Assembly: GCA_902791625.1 (NCBI GenBank)
Contig: CADAWN010000001.1
Coordinates: forward strand, 35,333-99,332
Direction: 5' to 3'
DNA length: 64,000 nt
Source: an uncultured Erysipelotrichaceae bacterium
GTDB taxonomy: Bacteria; Bacillota_I; Bacilli_A; RF39; UBA660
Part shown: positions 14,346 through 26,626 of the stretch, in pieces
Position numbering within the stretch: the first letter of the stretch is position 1
How the letters are laid out: every line of letters begins with the position of its first letter
Made by a program: the position numbers and the translations under genes
Notes under the pieces: model-generated
Databases searched by the model: none
What the model was told of the DNA's origin: nothing
The model's input: only the letters and a program-made list of their open reading frames with translations

Positions 14346-15684
14346 AATAAATCTCATTATTACTATAATCATCTTCTACTTCATTATCATTATCAACAAA
14401 AATTTTAGTTCGAGTATACTAAGTTTTCTATGGTACAACTTTTGTTCCACCATTTTTTTCATCTTCTTTAACATTGAACTATCGTAACTCGATAGGCGAT
14501 TCCTCATCTTTTACTAGAACTTCTAAATTCATTGAAAAAACTGAAGCGCCGCCGTCAGCTCTAAGTTCAATTTTCTAATCTACTGGTATCGTAGCATGAT
14601 TAATTACAAACTAATATCTCTAATCTTTTGTACTATTTCTTTCTCTTATATAGGTTTCTCCAACAACTTTATATTCTCCAGGAAAAATATTCCCATCTAA
14701 AACTAATGATTTTCCAATAAAGCTTTCATCATTTAAAACTGGCTGAATAGTTCTGCTCCATTTGTAATAAACAGTACCTTTTTTTAAATAAAATAATTTT
14801 GTACGTTTTGTTCCATCTTCATCAACATCAAAATCTTCAGTTTTATATTTAATCTAGCCCCCTTCTAAAGTCCTAAACCATTCTTTATCAAATAGCCCTA
14901 AAGGTTGCATAGTCTTTTCATCATAAAAAATAAAATAATTAGAACTTTTATCATTATTATAATATTTATACAAGTTTTTTATTTGTTGTTCTATATCAAT
15001 GAATAATCCTTCATCTTCAGTTACACAACTTTTTTCCATTATATCTATTGTCTAGATATTATAATGTTCGTTTTTAAAAGAGTAGAAATCATCAACTTCA
15101 TTAATTTTTTCAAAAATTGCTTTTATTAACTCTTCTGAAAATTTCTCTGTTCTATTATAATATTTATCTAAAATTATTTTTCGATTTTCGGCAACATAAG
15201 GCTAATTAATATTTGCTTTTTGCAATGGTAGTGATTCTTTATATTTTAAGCTCTCTTTTTCTTTTTCATAAACTATATTAAAAAGTAACTCTTGCTCTTT
15301 TTCATTTAATTTAGGTGACTAAAAAGCATATTTAGAATAGTTATTATCATAATAACTATTAACTATATTAAGTTTTTTTATGAGCGAAATATATTTGGTA
15401 ATTTTAGTTCGTGTCCAACCAAAAGACATTTCTAAAGATGCCGGACTAAATAATGCATCTTCAATTTTTACATTATATTTTTTACTATGCTCCCAATACT
15501 ATATCTACTAGTTTCCATATCCACCATTATGGCTAGTTTTATTTGCAGATTGAGTTATATCAGAAACCTTTAAAGTATCTAGAAATAAAACGGGTATATA
15601 TAGTTCTTCATCCCCTATTTTTATTATATCATAGAAAGTAACATCAGCAACTTCTTTTATTCCATATTTCTAAAATAAATTCAT
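14344..15684 (-). CDS. Major-tail-protein-like paralog P4, 446 codons, TAG-containing
   Basis: ATG at 15682-15684 overlaps the P3 stop (ATGA). The N-terminus MNLF*KYGIKEVADVTFYDI..PVLFLDTLKVS..EDALFSPAS is shared with P1-P3. The frame matches track ORF 14854..15039, and the stop is TAA at 14344. Confidence 0.6.
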
Positions 15685-17666
15685 GTTGTTACCTCCTCAT
15701 CTATATTAATAAATTCATAGTTCGCTAATTCGCTCTCATTAACGAAGCCTTTAATTATATTAGAATTATTAACTTTAGCTATAATTAAATCTTCTTTTTC
15801 TAATTTTCCAATAATTTCTTTATAATACTAGTCTACAGTTTTTCCAATATAGTCATCATTTTCTGGTGTAACAAGACGAAGATAAGACCACTGTTGCTAA
15901 TCAATTATAGGTATAGCGCAATCCAATGGTAAACAAAAGACTTGATTCGATGTGGGGTGCATAATTACTATATTATATTTATCATTAATAGGTAAATCTT
16001 CTATTCTTTCTAAATAATCCATTGGTGAATATTTATTTTGCTAATTATTTGCCAAATCTTTTTCTAAATTATCTTTATAAATAGTTAAACGTCCTATATC
16101 ACCAGTTTCACTAGTTAAAGCTTTCATCCTTATATTAACTGTTGTTGCTTCGCCAGCAGCCTATAAACTTAAATTAATATTATCTAATAAAGCACAATTA
16201 TATAATTCAATCTAATAGTGCATATCTTCACCATATCTATCTCTTATATAAGTTTCTCCTATTAGTTTAAAATTATAAGGGAAATTCTTTTTATTTATAG
16301 TTACGCTTTGTCCAATAATTGTCCCCTTATCTGCTATTTCTCTAGTCCATTTGTAATAAGGTTCTCCTTTTTCAATAACGGCATAATTACCTGTAATAAC
16401 TGTACCATCTTTTTTTGTATAACTGTATTCATTAGGTTCATATGGCTTCATTGTATTAGGATTGTAAAAAACAGTTAATTTTTTCTTATTATATTCTGGC
16501 AAAAGACTAAAATTATAATTTTTAAGATTTTTATCAACATCAATAGCAAACCTTTGCTCTGCTATTTTATCATCAAACTAATCTAGTATTTTTCTATCTT
16601 CAATTCCACTATTAATAGGATTTATAAAATTAGAAACTGTGTTTATATTATAATTAAAATCTTCTACTATATAAAAAGTGCCTAAAAGAACCTTTGCTTT
16701 TAAAGTTTTTTCTTCCTCGTGTATATCAGTTATTTTACAAGAAACAGTAGTATATAAATCTACATAGGATAGCCATTTTTCCTTCTATTCTTCTTTCTAT
16801 TCAAATAAAATTCTTTTGTTGCTATTATTATCAAGAGTATGATAACATATGGTCACATCATCATCTGCCGCGATATTATCAAAATCAGCAGACTCTGGAA
16901 TTAAAGAAACATTACAAGATAGCCATTTATATTCATGAATATTATCAATAATTATTTTTTTATTACCATTGTTATCATAACTAGCGTTAAGAAGATTGGT
17001 TTCAAAATTCTCAAAATCATTTATTTGTAATTCCGCATTAACTAAATTATTTCCTACTTTATCTAAATCACTAAAATATAATCTATCATAAATATTTATA
17101 GTCTAATCTTTTACCTTAATAGGTGAATTATTTTTAGTAACGGTTACTCCCTTAAAATGTTTAAGTTTATCACCAACAATATATTCTTCCTAATTTTCTG
17201 CTTTATATTTAAAATCTCCATTAGAAACTTTTATATAAGCATACATAACTTTTTCTTCACAAGGAACATATACCTAAACCCAATCTACTCCTTCTGGCTA
17301 TTGCTCTGTTCTTTCTATTGTGTAAATATTTTTATCTTCATATATATAAGGATTCCACTTACCTCTTATTTTAATCTTAGATAATCCATATAAACCACCC
17401 CACATTAAACTCTAACTTGCGGGAGTATATAAAGCATCTTCTAAATTAAAGGTAACTGTTTTTCCATAATTCCAAATAACCTGTTCTGCATTACCTAGAC
17501 CGCCGCGAGCAGATGTCTGCTCGCTAGTCTAGTCTAATGATGATATTTTTAATGTATCAAAATGTAATACAGGTATATATATATCATCATCATATTTATT
17601 TTTTGCTATACCGTAAAGAGTTACATTTGCAACTTCTCTAATACCATACTATTCAAAAATATTCAC
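15681..17666 (-). CDS. Major-tail-protein-like paralog P3, 661 codons, TAG-containing
   Basis: GTG start at 17664-17666 follows GGAGGCG. The N-terminus reads NIFE*YGIREVANVTLYGI. The frame matches track ORF 16212..16502, and the stop is TGA at 15681. Confidence 0.6.
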
Positions 17667-17682
17667 TCTTTACGCCTCCTTA

Positions 17683-19641
17683 TTACATTACTATTATTTC
17701 TGAACTACCATCTATTGGAGTAAAACAACCATTTTCTTCTTGAATCATTTTTTGTCTTGTCTTATAAGTATTAATTTCCATTAAAACTTTAGATTTAGGT
17801 TGTGCAACTTCCATATTTAAATTAAATACTGTAGGTTCACCATCTGTCTATAAAGTTAATGTCTGTTCTGATTTAATTTTTGCCTATGGAATTACAATCT
17901 ACATATGCTCATCTTCAGATGTATCCCTATTTCTAATATAAGTTTCTCCAACCATCATATACATACCAGGCCATACATCACTTTTAACAGTAATCTTTCT
18001 AGCATCTAACTATTGATTATCATCGACAATAGTAAGAGATTTTATATAATAAGGTTCACCGCTATGGAACCAATAATCATCTAAAAATGGCTTCATAGTT
18101 CTTGGATTTACATAAGCCCATAATTTACCATCAAAACTTCTTTCACTATTTTTATCATCATAAATATTCATTATAGTAGTATCTTCATTTACTTTAGCAG
18201 TAACTTCTGATACTGTGAAAGTAGGCTCTTCTTCTATATCAGAAATCTTCTGTTCTTGTTTATTTTTATCTTTATAAGTAATAGTATAAGTTGTTGTAAT
18301 GATAGGCTCGCCGCCTTCTTCTGGTTCCTCTTCATGAGTAATTTTTTCTATAATTGGAACAGTAATACTTTCTATTGTTTCCTCTGTACCAGCATTAACA
18401 TATTTTATAATATAAACAGGAGTAATAGGCTGTTCCATATAAGAAGTTTTAATACTAATAATATCCTATTCATACTTTGTGATTAAGAAATAAATCAATT
18501 CATTAATACCATCAAATTTAATCCACATATCAAGACCTTTAAATTGATTTACATTAACTCCTTCTTTTGGTTTATACCAAATCGCTTCTACAACTTCTTT
18601 ACCTTCTTTTGTTACTGTAGTTTGTACTCCAACAAAAGCGTGATAATTATTATTATTATCTACTACAATAGCAAGATAGTCACAATCCTTTATTGACCTT
18701 TCATCATCTTTATTTTGAGCAGGTATATTATAAGCATTTTTTTTATCTTCGCCAGTTCCTGCAACCAAAACTGTATCACCTATAGTAGGAGATACATTAG
18801 GTTCATACCGTGTTAAATAATTTTTTAAGCTATTAATTTCTTCATTCTCTTCCTATTCTTTATCAACCGTATAAGCATCAAAAATAATATACGGTTTTAA
18901 ATTATTTGGCTCTTTTGCAGGTCCAATCTTATAAATAATAGCATCTTTAAAGTTTGAGTATGCAGGTGCCTCTCCATTAAATACTGAAACTTTACTATTC
19001 CAATCTATAGGATAGCTTCTGCCCTAAATATCAAAAAATCTATCAGGAACCTAAGCAATAGAACGTACTCTAGATTCAATAATAAGTCTCCAACGGTAAC
19101 TTCTATCTAAAGTCTATCCTACACCCTAAACTCTAGTGCCGTCAACAACATCTGAATTGATTAAATAATCATTATCTTTTGTCATTATTTTATTTTTATT
19201 ACTTTGTGGTAATAACTTACAAACTAAATTATCATTAGGGTCATTACTACTTCTAGGATAGATTGCACTATACATTCTTGACATTTTTCTTACTGGATTA
19301 GAACAAGTTTTAGATTCAGAGTTTATATCTATATGTCCATTTTTCCAATCAGAACTTAATATTCCTCCCCAACATAATCCTAAAGAAGCTGGAGTGCATA
19401 AAGCATCTTGTAAATTTATATTTAAAGTTTTGTTATAGTCCCAACTTATTAATCTAGCATTACCCTGGCCACCCTATGCCCAAGTACTTTCACCAGTCTA
19501 TTCTGTTGTAGAAATCTTTAAAGTATCTAAATACAATGCTGGAACATAATAAACGTCACCACTACCATCTGTTTTTTTATGTATACTATATATGGTTACA
19601 TCAGCAACCTCTTTTATACCATATTGCTCGAATATATTCAA
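17683..19641 (-). CDS. Major-tail-protein-like paralog P2, 652 codons, TAG-containing
   Basis: TTG start at 19639-19641 follows GAGGTGAAAGGA. Track ORFs 18010..18438 and 18466..18768 are in frame. I checked every codon in 17683-18010 and 18769-19641 and found only TAG interruptions. The stop is TAA at 17683. Confidence 0.75.
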
Positions 19642-19733
19642 ATCCTTTCACCTCACAATATATCAACCTTTATTTAATAGGAAAGGCTATTGAAAATAGT
19701 CTTTCAATAGCCAATCCAATTAATACTTATATA

Positions 19734-22082
19734 TTAATATTCAGTTGCGCCGATTGCATCCTTGTCAACTACACCATCAAGTGAAGTCTTAAAGAGTTCA
19801 GCATCGTCAAGAATATCAAGATTTTCAGTATCCTTAACCATTGTAGAACCGTCATTCTGCTCTTCATTGTCAACCATATTATACTTAATAAGTCTAACCA
19901 TTACTTTATCATCTGGACGAAGAACTTTAAGTTCCATATCAAATACAGAAGGATCTCCATCTGCTTCCATTGTAATTGTTTGCTCTCCGCCAATTTTAGC
20001 TTCTGGAATATTAATCTGGAATCTCTCTTCCTCTCCAGTTGATTTAGACTTAATAAATGTATCTCCAACAACCTTATATGTTCCAGGGAACTTATCTGCA
20101 GAGATTTCAATCATATCACCAAGGCTTTCTCCATCATAAGCGACAGAACGAGTAAACTTAATGAACTCTTCACCTTCAGCGATTGGAGTACCATCTGCAT
20201 AAGGTTCCATTGTTGCTGGGTCAATAAATACAGTACAAGCAAACATATCAGCCTCAGAAGGATAACCATTAGCATTTCCACCAGGTACAATAAAGCTTCT
20301 TGCAGCAGTAAATTTCTTTGTTACATCAAGCTTCTTAACTGGCTTAGTAGCTTTAGAAAGTTCATTTCCATCGGCACCAAACATTACAGCCATAGAAGCT
20401 GGTGAGAACAGTGCATCTTGAAGTGTAAGAGTAATCTCCTTACCGAAGTCCCAACCCATCAACTGACCATTTCCATGTCCACCAGTAGCAAATACTTCTT
20501 CAGCAGTTGCATTTAATGTAGAAACTTTTAATGTATCAAGGAAAAGAACTGGTTTATATCTCTTAACTTTCTTAAGGGTTTTATGAATTTTAATTCCCTT
20601 TACAGTACAAGTTGCTTCAAAAGTTTCATTATTAACAGTAACTTCTGTTGTATGGATAAGACCACTAGCAACAAGTTGTTTTGCCTGATTATCATTTACA
20701 AAATTACCTTCTGTAATCATCCAAGCAACCTTAGTTAAATCTTTCTTACCATTTCTATTAGCAACAAAGATAAGTCCAGAAGTTCCAATAATTACAAGTG
20801 CAAGGAATTCAGTTCCAGCAAAAATCTTATCTTGGTAATAAAGTCTGTTACCTGCTTTATCTAAGAATTCAAAGATACCATCTTCATCAAGAGCAAGTTT
20901 CTTTGCGTTCTTATTCTTTAACAGATAAATATATGCACCAGCGGCAGTATCTACTGAACCGTCAACCTTAACATAAATTGCTCTATTAGATATTTCAGAA
21001 CCAGTAGTTAACTCTACATCTAAAGTCTTTCCAGTTGCACTACCTGTTGCAGCAATTTCAGCAACGGCTTCTTTTACAGCCTTTAAGTTGTACTTAGCAT
21101 GAATATCGCCAACTTGTGTTCCATCTACTGAGAATTGATAACTATTGCCGTCAACTAAATCAGTATCTCCAGGATTAGGCTTATCATCGCTAACTTTATA
21201 TCCGCCTTGAATTGCATCTATACCAGAAGCGGCATTAATCTCACCATAATCAAGTACTAATTTCTTCTGTTTTAATGCATCAATAGCATCATTAATAGAG
21301 TTATGAACACCATCGTCCCACATTACTGCATTTGCAATAGCTTTATCTAACTTATCAGCAAACATAGTAGCATAACTTTTTGCGCCAGTTGCAGTAAAGA
21401 AATCTACAGTACCTACGCCATTGTTTCTACTATACTTATAACCAAGATATTTAGGATTATAATAACCCATTTCATCTTCAACTACAAGCTCAGCATAATC
21501 ATCATATGTAATATCATATGCTTTTGCTACTTTATAAGTTTTTAATTTAATTATTTCTTCATTGATTTCCTTTAAATCATAAGTGTCTTCTGTAAATTTA
21601 TTAGCTAAACCTACAACAACAACCTTCTCTTTTGAATAAGGGTCTGCGGCAAAATTATCATTAAAAGTAAGATTACCAAATTTTGTTGCAGAATCTTCAA
21701 AAGCATATCTTACACCAGTTTTAGCAATTATATTCTGTCTTTTTGCAAATAATTGACATACTTGCTCTGGATAAGTAAATTCATGAGATACAGCAGTTTC
21801 ATCTATATCTGTTTCTGGATCATCGTCATCTTCGTGTTTATAAGTAACACCAGTAATAATATCAGCGTCAACAAAAACATAAGCTTTAAAGCCATCTTCT
21901 GTTCCAACACCATTATCATCTAAAGGATAAACATTTTTTAATTCAAGGCAGCTTCTTAAAATTGAACCATCAGTAATTTTTCTTTGAGATTCATAAGCTT
22001 CTTCTTTCTGTTCAATCTTGTAAAAAGTAACGTCACAAACGTCCTTAATACCATATTTCTCAAAAAGGTTTTGACTAGCCAT
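19734..22082 (-). CDS. Putative major tail protein P1 (782 aa), free of TAG
   Basis: This is an intact track ORF with AAGGAGG upstream. It shares N-terminal (NLFEKYGIKDVCDVTFY), central (PVLFLDTLKVS..GGHGNGQLMGWDFGKEITLTLQDALFSPAS) and C-terminal (FPGTYKVVGDTFIK..MEADGDPSVFDMELKVL) blocks with P2-P4. It lies between the connector genes and the TMP and is visibly more GC-rich than P2-P4. Confidence 0.6.
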   Translation of the reverse strand: MASQNLFEKYGIKDVCDVTFYKIEQKEEAYESQRKITDGSILRSCLELKNVYPLDDNGVGTEDGFKAYVFVDADIITGVTYKHEDDDDPETDIDETAVSHEFTYPEQVCQLFAKRQNIIAKTGVRYAFEDSATKFGNLTFNDNFAADPYSKEKVVVVGLANKFTEDTYDLKEINEEIIKLKTYKVAKAYDITYDDYAELVVEDEMGYYNPKYLGYKYSRNNGVGTVDFFTATGAKSYATMFADKLDKAIANAVMWDDGVHNSINDAIDALKQKKLVLDYGEINAASGIDAIQGGYKVSDDKPNPGDTDLVDGNSYQFSVDGTQVGDIHAKYNLKAVKEAVAEIAATGSATGKTLDVELTTGSEISNRAIYVKVDGSVDTAAGAYIYLLKNKNAKKLALDEDGIFEFLDKAGNRLYYQDKIFAGTEFLALVIIGTSGLIFVANRNGKKDLTKVAWMITEGNFVNDNQAKQLVASGLIHTTEVTVNNETFEATCTVKGIKIHKTLKKVKRYKPVLFLDTLKVSTLNATAEEVFATGGHGNGQLMGWDFGKEITLTLQDALFSPASMAVMFGADGNELSKATKPVKKLDVTKKFTAARSFIVPGGNANGYPSEADMFACTVFIDPATMEPYADGTPIAEGEEFIKFTRSVAYDGESLGDMIEISADKFPGTYKVVGDTFIKSKSTGEEERFQINIPEAKIGGEQTITMEADGDPSVFDMELKVLRPDDKVMVRLIKYNMVDNEEQNDGSTMVKDTENLDILDDAELFKTSLDGVVDKDAIGATEY

Positions 22083-22097
22083 AAATTCTTAACCTCC

Positions 22098-22847
22098 TTA
22101 CTTAGTAAGCGACGCATCGCCCCAATATTTAGTCTTTAATTTGTCTGCTTCGGCACCAGCACAAAGCATTTGAATGTCCTATTCCCACTTTTCTTTTGCC
22201 TAATATCTTGCAATTCGTTTATAAAAAGCATAAACAGTACATTTCTCTAGGTTAATTCCGAAAACTTCAGCTATTTCAAGATATACTGAAAATGGCATCC
22301 CCTCAGTGTCTTTTTCAGCTTTTTTCTTTTTTGCAGCTTCCACTTTCTCTCTTAACAAACGCATTTTTCGTTCACCAGGTGTTTCATTTTTTGGTGGTGG
22401 CGGCTTAATTGCCTAACCATTCTAAATCCTTAAAATTTCCTAGAAATCTTTAAAATTATCATTGTTAATTATACGTCTTTCTATAGGATTACCAATAACA
22501 ACTGATGATATTTCTGGAAGAATTATTGTTTTCTCCTTGATAAAAGTATTAAACATATCCTAAACCTCTAATAAAAAACTATCATTTTGTTCTGCACTTG
22601 ATAAAAGATAATCAAGAGGTTTAATTTTATCGGGAGATATATCTTCTCCAGTTTTTTCTTTTATATGCTAAGATATGGCTATTTCATCAAGCAATAAGGT
22701 AGATAAATAAGTTTTATATTTAGAATAATCCATTTCTATTATTTCTTTAATAGTTAATGGATAAACCTTACATACTTTTGATAATGAACTTCCACAACCC
22801 ACATATGCCTAAGCTTTAATATCTTCAATTTGATTAATTGAAAGCAT
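22098..22847 (-). CDS. Hypothetical head-tail joining module protein, 249 codons, TAG-containing
   Basis: I translated every codon by hand. ATG is at 22845-22847 and TAA at 22098. Seven in-frame TAGs lie at 22179, 22200, 22413, 22422, 22440, 22560 and 22668, plus one at 22809. Confidence 0.65.
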
Positions 22848-23349
22848 TAATTTCAAAATCCATTACATAAGAACCCATTTGTTTACTTAGAGAACCCAAA
22901 CTAAAACCATTATATGTAATCTCTCCTAACCCATTAATACGCTTGCCCTAAATACTTCGTCTAATTTCACTCATAATAGCAAATGGTCGTAAAGTATCTC
23001 CAGTAATTAACCACTCACTAAAAGGACAATATACGATTATCTAAAGTGTTAAATTTTCATTATCTATATTAGAATCATTCGTCTATCCTAAAGTATATAA
23101 AAGTACAATCTTAGATTTAGTATTTTGTTCTTCTGGAGTTAAGAGTGGAACTACTCTTATTAATTTATTTAATAACGATAATCCATCAATAGTATTAGGA
23201 TGTTTTTCTTTATTTAAAGGGTCTAAATCTGTGTTTTCTAACAACATTAAAAGGTTCTAATTTTTTGTTAAGGTTTTAGCAACCTTTATAAGATTTACGC
23301 CAAGCTCCTGGCCATACCGTACTTGTGATTCCATATCATCACCTACCAT
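22834..23349 (-). CDS. Hypothetical head-tail joining module protein, 171 codons
   Basis: I translated every codon by hand. ATG is at 23347-23349 and TAA at 22834. In-frame TAGs lie at 22948, 23041, 23083 and 23257. The gene overlaps its neighbours, as expected in an operon. Confidence 0.65.
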
Positions 23350-24064
23350 TTAGGAAGAAGTTTTTATCTTCTCCTACCATTATATCTTCCGAAGAGCGCG
23401 GCTCTTCTTCCTGTATTAGTTTCTCTTCTATTGAAATATAAGAAACCCCCTCTATACTCATATCGTCTATACCAGCAATTTCCCAGCCTTTATTATTATA
23501 TTCAAAATACTGTCCCTTTTGAATTAAATCATTGGTAGCGGTAATAAAACCTCTATGTGTATTTGGCTCTCTATATTGAGAACGTTTTATAAAAAATTCG
23601 TCAATAATATAAGAGGTAGAAGCATTTATTACTTTTGAAGGAGCAGTAATTATAGTATCTCCATATTCATTTGTTAAATTTATTTCAGTATCTAAACAAA
23701 TTACTACAAATAACTAATATCCTTTTGTTATATTATTTTCAACAAAAAGTACTAACCAAATTTTATCTACTTTTCTCTTATCTATTATTTGTTTTATATT
23801 AAGTATATCACCAGTATGTAGTGCGGCGGCACTAACTGGTAATAAAAGATTACTAATTAACTTACTCTCATTCCATTTATTAGGCTATAAAGAACAAGTT
23901 ATATTAGTATTCTCATTGTTTATTTTATATATATCAGCTTTATAAGCACTGTTCTCTAAAAAAAGATTATTAAACTCATTAATTTTCCTAGTATTTATCC
24001 TTTCCTATCTTGTCCTGCCGCCCAGATTCATTCTTTTTAAATATACTTCATCAAGATAACTCAT
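23339..24064 (-). CDS. Hypothetical virion or connector module protein, 241 codons
   Basis: ATG at 24062-24064 overlaps the upstream stop (ATGA). The stop is TGA at 23339. Manual translation shows only a few TAGs. Confidence 0.5.
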
Positions 24065-24333
24065 ATTACACCTATTTTGTCAAACAAATTCATACACTCG
24101 AATATTGTTTTTCGATAATATTTAAAAGATAAATAGCGGCAAGATGCAAGTTTAGAATAAAGGGTATAATATTCAATTGTTTTGCTATTGTCATTATACC
24201 CCATTAACTCAATTAAAATAGTGTCTAAATATTTTTCCCATTCTCCATCTTTTTCTCGTTCACGAAGTAGGCCAAAAAGTCTATTCTTCATTTTATCTTT
24301 GTAAGCTTCAATAATAGCGTCCTGTCGTTCCAC
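24061..24333 (-). CDS. Hypothetical small connector-module protein (90 aa)
   Basis: Track ORF with a GTG start about 10 nt after GGAGG. It contains no TAG. Confidence 0.55.
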   Translation of the reverse strand: MERQDAIIEAYKDKMKNRLFGLLREREKDGEWEKYLDTILIELMGYNDNSKTIEYYTLYSKLASCRYLSFKYYRKTIFECMNLFDKIGVI

Positions 24334-24790
24334 TATGTTTTAAACCTCCACCAGCTAATTTTCTAAAATTAAAAGGTTTTTTATTTGGAGAACGATAATA
24401 AAGTCTTTCAACTTTCTTTGCTTCTTCTAAAACCTAGTCTTTCAAAGCAATAAAACTTTTTAATAAGTTAGCCTATGAAAAATCTTTTTCATCATACTAA
24501 GTTTTTACATTTTCCCAAGAATCTATAGTTCGTTTTAACCACTCATATTTCATATAAGTGGCTAAAACTTGTATTTCTGGCTAACCCATTTTATTATCCG
24601 TAAAACACTATCTATTTTCGTCTATATAAAGACTACATCTAGGAAATTTAAAATAAGGAATTGCCGAGTTTAAGAAAGCCCGCCAGTCTTTCAAAAACAT
24701 CTCTAAATCTTCTTCAGAACAATACTAAGCCCAATCATCTTCATTAACTTTACTAAGAAAGGCATCATACACATCCATTAAATTTACCAT
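24308..24790 (-). CDS. Possible head-tail connector/adaptor (gp6/gp15-like), 160 codons
   Basis: ATG at 24788-24790 follows GGGAGG. The N-terminus MVNLMDVYDAFLSKVNEDDW resembles head-tail adaptor N-termini; this is a weak match made from memory. TAGs are in frame and the stop is TGA at 24308. Confidence 0.4.
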
Positions 24791-24814
24791 TATCTTTGCC
24801 TCCCTAAAATTATA

Positions 24815-25294
24815 TTATTCCTCTTCCATCTAATGTTTACGAGAAATTCCAATTAAAATATCTTTTCCAGTTAAATCCTTTAAAAATTTACATTTTTCAG
24901 TATTAACAATTTCTTTTTCAATTGCATATATAATCAAATTATCAACCTAAGTCCTAGGAACTGTTGTCATTATTTTTATAAACTCTTCCATTGGAGTTGT
25001 AGTTAATAATTCTGTCATTTTCTTTTCATCAAAAGCGATAATATTTTTTGCCTCTGTTGCATCTGCGTCTTCTATACCTAAATCTATTTTATCCTGTAAG
25101 TCAGGGATATATAAAATACCAGAATAAATTATATTTTTAAATCCAGTATCCCACATTAATTCTCTTACAGTATCAAAAGGAATTCCAAAAGTCTATCCTC
25201 TTGTTTTCCAAGTTCTATTAACACCATATTCTGGCTTTCTAACTGTTACTGTATTGTTTACCATACTAGTAATCTTAACCATTCTATTCTCCAT
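24815..25294 (-). CDS. Hypothetical head-module protein, 159 codons
   Basis: ATG at 25292-25294 follows AAAGGAGGAA. I hand-checked the codons on both flanks of track ORF 24947..25156 (24815-24949 and 25154-25294). TAGs lie at 24830, 24947 and 25193, and the stop is TAA at 24815. Confidence 0.65.
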
Positions 25295-25385
25295 ATTTAA
25301 TTCCTCCTTTTAACTCAAAATGGTGAGTGAGTTTAATACCCACTCACCACTTCCGATATATAAATTCTTTCTTTTGTTTTTATGA

Positions 25386-26531
25386 TTATGGATTTGGCTT
25401 ATAACCGTTTGTAGTCTTACCAGTCCAGTTTGCTACAAATTTAGTAGGATACTGTGTAGGATAAGCTTGTGTATCCTGAAGGTCTGTATTTACATATACA
25501 CCCCAATCATTATTGGTAAGAATAGCTACACCAACTTTCTTATAAGCTTCTACTTCCATTGTTCTATCTCTACCCTTGAAATCATCAACAATAGTATCGC
25601 CTTCGAAAACAATCTTAACTGGCTTACTCTTACCATTAGGGAATACATAAGCAAGAGCAGGATTTACTACAGTAGTAGTATTGTTATCGTCAGTAAATGA
25701 CTGTGGAATTTCAACAATAGGGTTGCCACGGAAAGTCTTAATTCTACCATACTGAGCAATCTCTTCAATGTTTCTAGGATTATATACAGGTGTTGCAACA
25801 CCAGTAGCACCAGAATTTCTTGCCCAAGCCATTGGCATACCAATTGCCTCAGGTCCCATAGCCTGTACGAATTCAGGAGCAGCGAAAATTGTAACTCCGC
25901 CATCACCATAAGTACCAGCAATGGTTACAAGTTGCTGCATACCATCTGGATCAAAGCCGGCACTAATAACCTTATTTCTTGCAGGACGATCATCAGCATT
26001 AACTGCGGCAATAAGAGCTTGCTGAATTAAACCATAAATTGCCTCAACCATACCCTCAAGAAGAATTTCAGCAACTTCTGCAACATCCTCTTGACCACAA
26101 ATATATCTTTCAAAGTCAATAATACCAGTACCACCAATTGCGCTAGCACTTACTTCAAAAGTATCGCTATCAAGTCTGAAAGCCTCATATACACCAGAAG
26201 GTGCAACTGCTGTTACAAACTGCTTAGCTCTACGTCTACCTCTCTTAACTACAAACTGTGCTTTTTCATTATTTGCAACCTGCTTAATTTCAGCAAACAT
26301 TGACATAAATTCTTCTACAGTCTTAGGAAGAACTTCATCAAAAGCCTCTTGCATAATTTCAAAAATATCTAATCTATTTCTACGATAAGAATTAAAATCA
26401 TAAGCAAGCTCATGTAAAGCATTAGAGGTTGCCTTCTTTATATCTTCAACTTGATATTTAGTAGGATTTGGAGTTGTTCCTCTGAATGAATGAACAATTA
26501 AATCCTTAATCATTTGCTTTTTATTCTCCAT
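25386..26531 (-). CDS. Major capsid protein (HK97-fold type), 381 aa, TAG-free
   Basis: Intact track ORF with AAAGGAGGT upstream. It follows the scaffold gene. The sequence has MCP character (..AVAPSGVYEAFRLD..GGVTIFAAPEFVQAMG..). Its GC content is elevated and its codon usage looks optimised. Confidence 0.75.
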   Translation of the reverse strand: MENKKQMIKDLIVHSFRGTTPNPTKYQVEDIKKATSNALHELAYDFNSYRRNRLDIFEIMQEAFDEVLPKTVEEFMSMFAEIKQVANNEKAQFVVKRGRRRAKQFVTAVAPSGVYEAFRLDSDTFEVSASAIGGTGIIDFERYICGQEDVAEVAEILLEGMVEAIYGLIQQALIAAVNADDRPARNKVISAGFDPDGMQQLVTIAGTYGDGGVTIFAAPEFVQAMGPEAIGMPMAWARNSGATGVATPVYNPRNIEEIAQYGRIKTFRGNPIVEIPQSFTDDNNTTTVVNPALAYVFPNGKSKPVKIVFEGDTIVDDFKGRDRTMEVEAYKKVGVAILTNNDWGVYVNTDLQDTQAYPTQYPTKFVANWTGKTTNGYKPNP

Positions 26532-26626
26532 TCTATCTCAACCTCCTTTTATTATGCTGTAGGCTTATTGATAAATTGAATCTTAAATGACAGAGTATTG
26601 TCTGCATTATAATAAGGTTCAACTAT

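Noticed and set aside
19762-20139. Antisense or out-of-frame track ORFs inside large genes could be real. These include 19762..20139, 19901..20110, 25467..25700, 25667..25921, 26091..26303, 3721..3921, 9304..9525, 10815..10997, 17157..17384, 18256..18486, 28733..28936, 28808..29032, 30222..30467, 31348..31530 and 32769..33005.
   Set aside because: Each lies wholly within a better-supported gene on the other strand or in another frame. They lack RBSs and have low-complexity or implausible composition.
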